Assembly: GCA_964522265.1 (NCBI GenBank)
Contig: CAZFVS010000051.1
Coordinates: 1 to 7,684, forward strand
Direction of reading: 5' to 3'
Origin: an uncultured Gammaproteobacteria bacterium
GTDB lineage: Bacteria > Patescibacteriota > Microgenomatia > Daviesbacterales > UBA10151
DNA length: 7,684 nucleotides
Both the position numbers and the translations under genes were made by a program. This document shows, piece after piece, positions 7,286 through 7,684 of this stretch (its first letter is position 1; each line of letters opens with the position of its first letter). Under the pieces are notes generated by a model. It did no database searches and was not told the origin of the DNA. It saw nothing but the letters and a program-made list of their open reading frames with translations.

Positions 7286-7684
7286 GGCTTTTTAAGGCAA
7301 TTTGTACTGCTTCAAAATCAGACCAGGCAGTTTCATGTTTACCGTTGATATTCATAGATTTTTCATGTCCTTTGCCAAAAATACCTACAATATCTCCTTT
7401 TTTGGCAATTTTATTAATTGCCAGATTGATCGCTTTTTGTCTATCTTCCTCAATAAAAATATTTTTACCCAAAACCCCACCTGCTTTCTCTACCCCCTGC
7501 ATAATTTGTGAGTTAATCTTCTCTATCTGACCCCTTGGGTCTTCGGATGTAATTATAACTTTATCTGCAAGTTTTGCAGCTATTTCTCCCATTAAGAATC
7601 TTTTCCCCTCATCCCTTTCTCCTGCACACCCAAAAACTGCAATCAGTTTACCCTTACAACCCTTCCTTAAAGTTTTCAGGGCAT
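7278..7684 (-). CDS. murE: UDP-N-acetylmuramoyl-tripeptide synthetase MurE, C-terminal domain only (5' end lies beyond the right edge of the window)
   Basis: The ORF track starts this ORF at an internal Met (7592). My hand translation shows the frame stays open to position 7684: ...ALKTLRKGCKGKLIAVFGCAGERDEGKRFLMGEIAAKLADKVIITSEDPRGQ.... This matches the MurE C-terminal signature (VFGCGGDRDxGKRpxMg...aDxvivTsDNPRxE), followed by GKGHE near the end. The stop is TGA at 7278-7280. Its position at the head of a dcw cluster agrees. Confidence 0.9.
   Translation of the reverse strand, partial: ALKTLRKGCKGKLIAVFGCAGERDEGKRFLMGEIAAKLADKVIITSEDPRGQIEKINSQIMQGVEKAGGVLGKNIFIEEDRQKAINLAINKIAKKGDIVGIFGKGHEKSMNINGKHETAWSDFEAVQIALKSHE

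Noticed and set aside
4524-7530. Plus-strand ORFs 4524-4718, 6452-6736, 7302-7511 and 7345-7530
   Set aside because: All are antisense shadows inside mraY, the MurF-like and MurB-like genes, and murE. They show no family resemblance, and the two in murE overlap each other in different frames.
7278-7592. A stand-alone 104-aa ORF as listed in the ORF track
   Set aside because: The reading frame stays open upstream of the Met through 7684. The upstream residues (LIAVFGCAGERDEGKRF) complete the MurE C-terminal motif. It is therefore the 3' part of murE and not a small independent gene.
60-7684. Alternative genetic code (UGA recoding, as in some candidate phyla)
   Set aside because: All eight proteins are full length and motif-complete under the standard code. 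TGA serves as a genuine stop for ftsQ (ATGA overlap) and murE. Nothing requires recoding.
1-7684. Defence systems, mobile elements, CRISPR arrays, tRNA/ncRNA genes and large repeats
   Set aside because: The longest non-coding stretches are 59 nt (left edge) and 32 nt. I noticed no direct or inverted repeats beyond short A/T homopolymer runs within coding sequence, and no integrase, transposase or nuclease-like ORFs. The window is a housekeeping operon.

Overview
The window is almost fully coding (about 98%), with every gene on the minus strand. It is a compact division and cell wall (dcw) operon. In transcription order it reads murE (3' part, runs off the right edge), a 200-aa MurB-like protein with only the FAD-binding domain, a 374-aa MurF-like Mur ligase homologue, mraY, ftsW, murG, ftsQ and ftsA. 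ftsZ is expected just past the left edge but is not visible. Junctions are very tight: three pairs overlap by 8, 17 and 4 nt, and the other gaps are 2 to 32 nt. I found no RNA genes, CRISPR arrays, mobile elements or defence genes. The AT-rich sequence, divergent proteins, standard stop-codon use and reduced gene set fit a small-genome, deep-branching bacterium such as CPR/Patescibacteria, but that is low-confidence inference. The part worth a second look is the murE-to-mraY interval. The slot that normally holds murF holds two overlapping genes that look like degenerate paralogues of peptidoglycan enzymes. One is a MurB homologue cut down to its FAD-binding domain, with no catalytic C-terminal domain. 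The other is a MurF homologue that lacks the N-terminal domain and has substitutions at the P-loop lysine and most other catalytic motifs. The rest of the window is an ordinary housekeeping locus.
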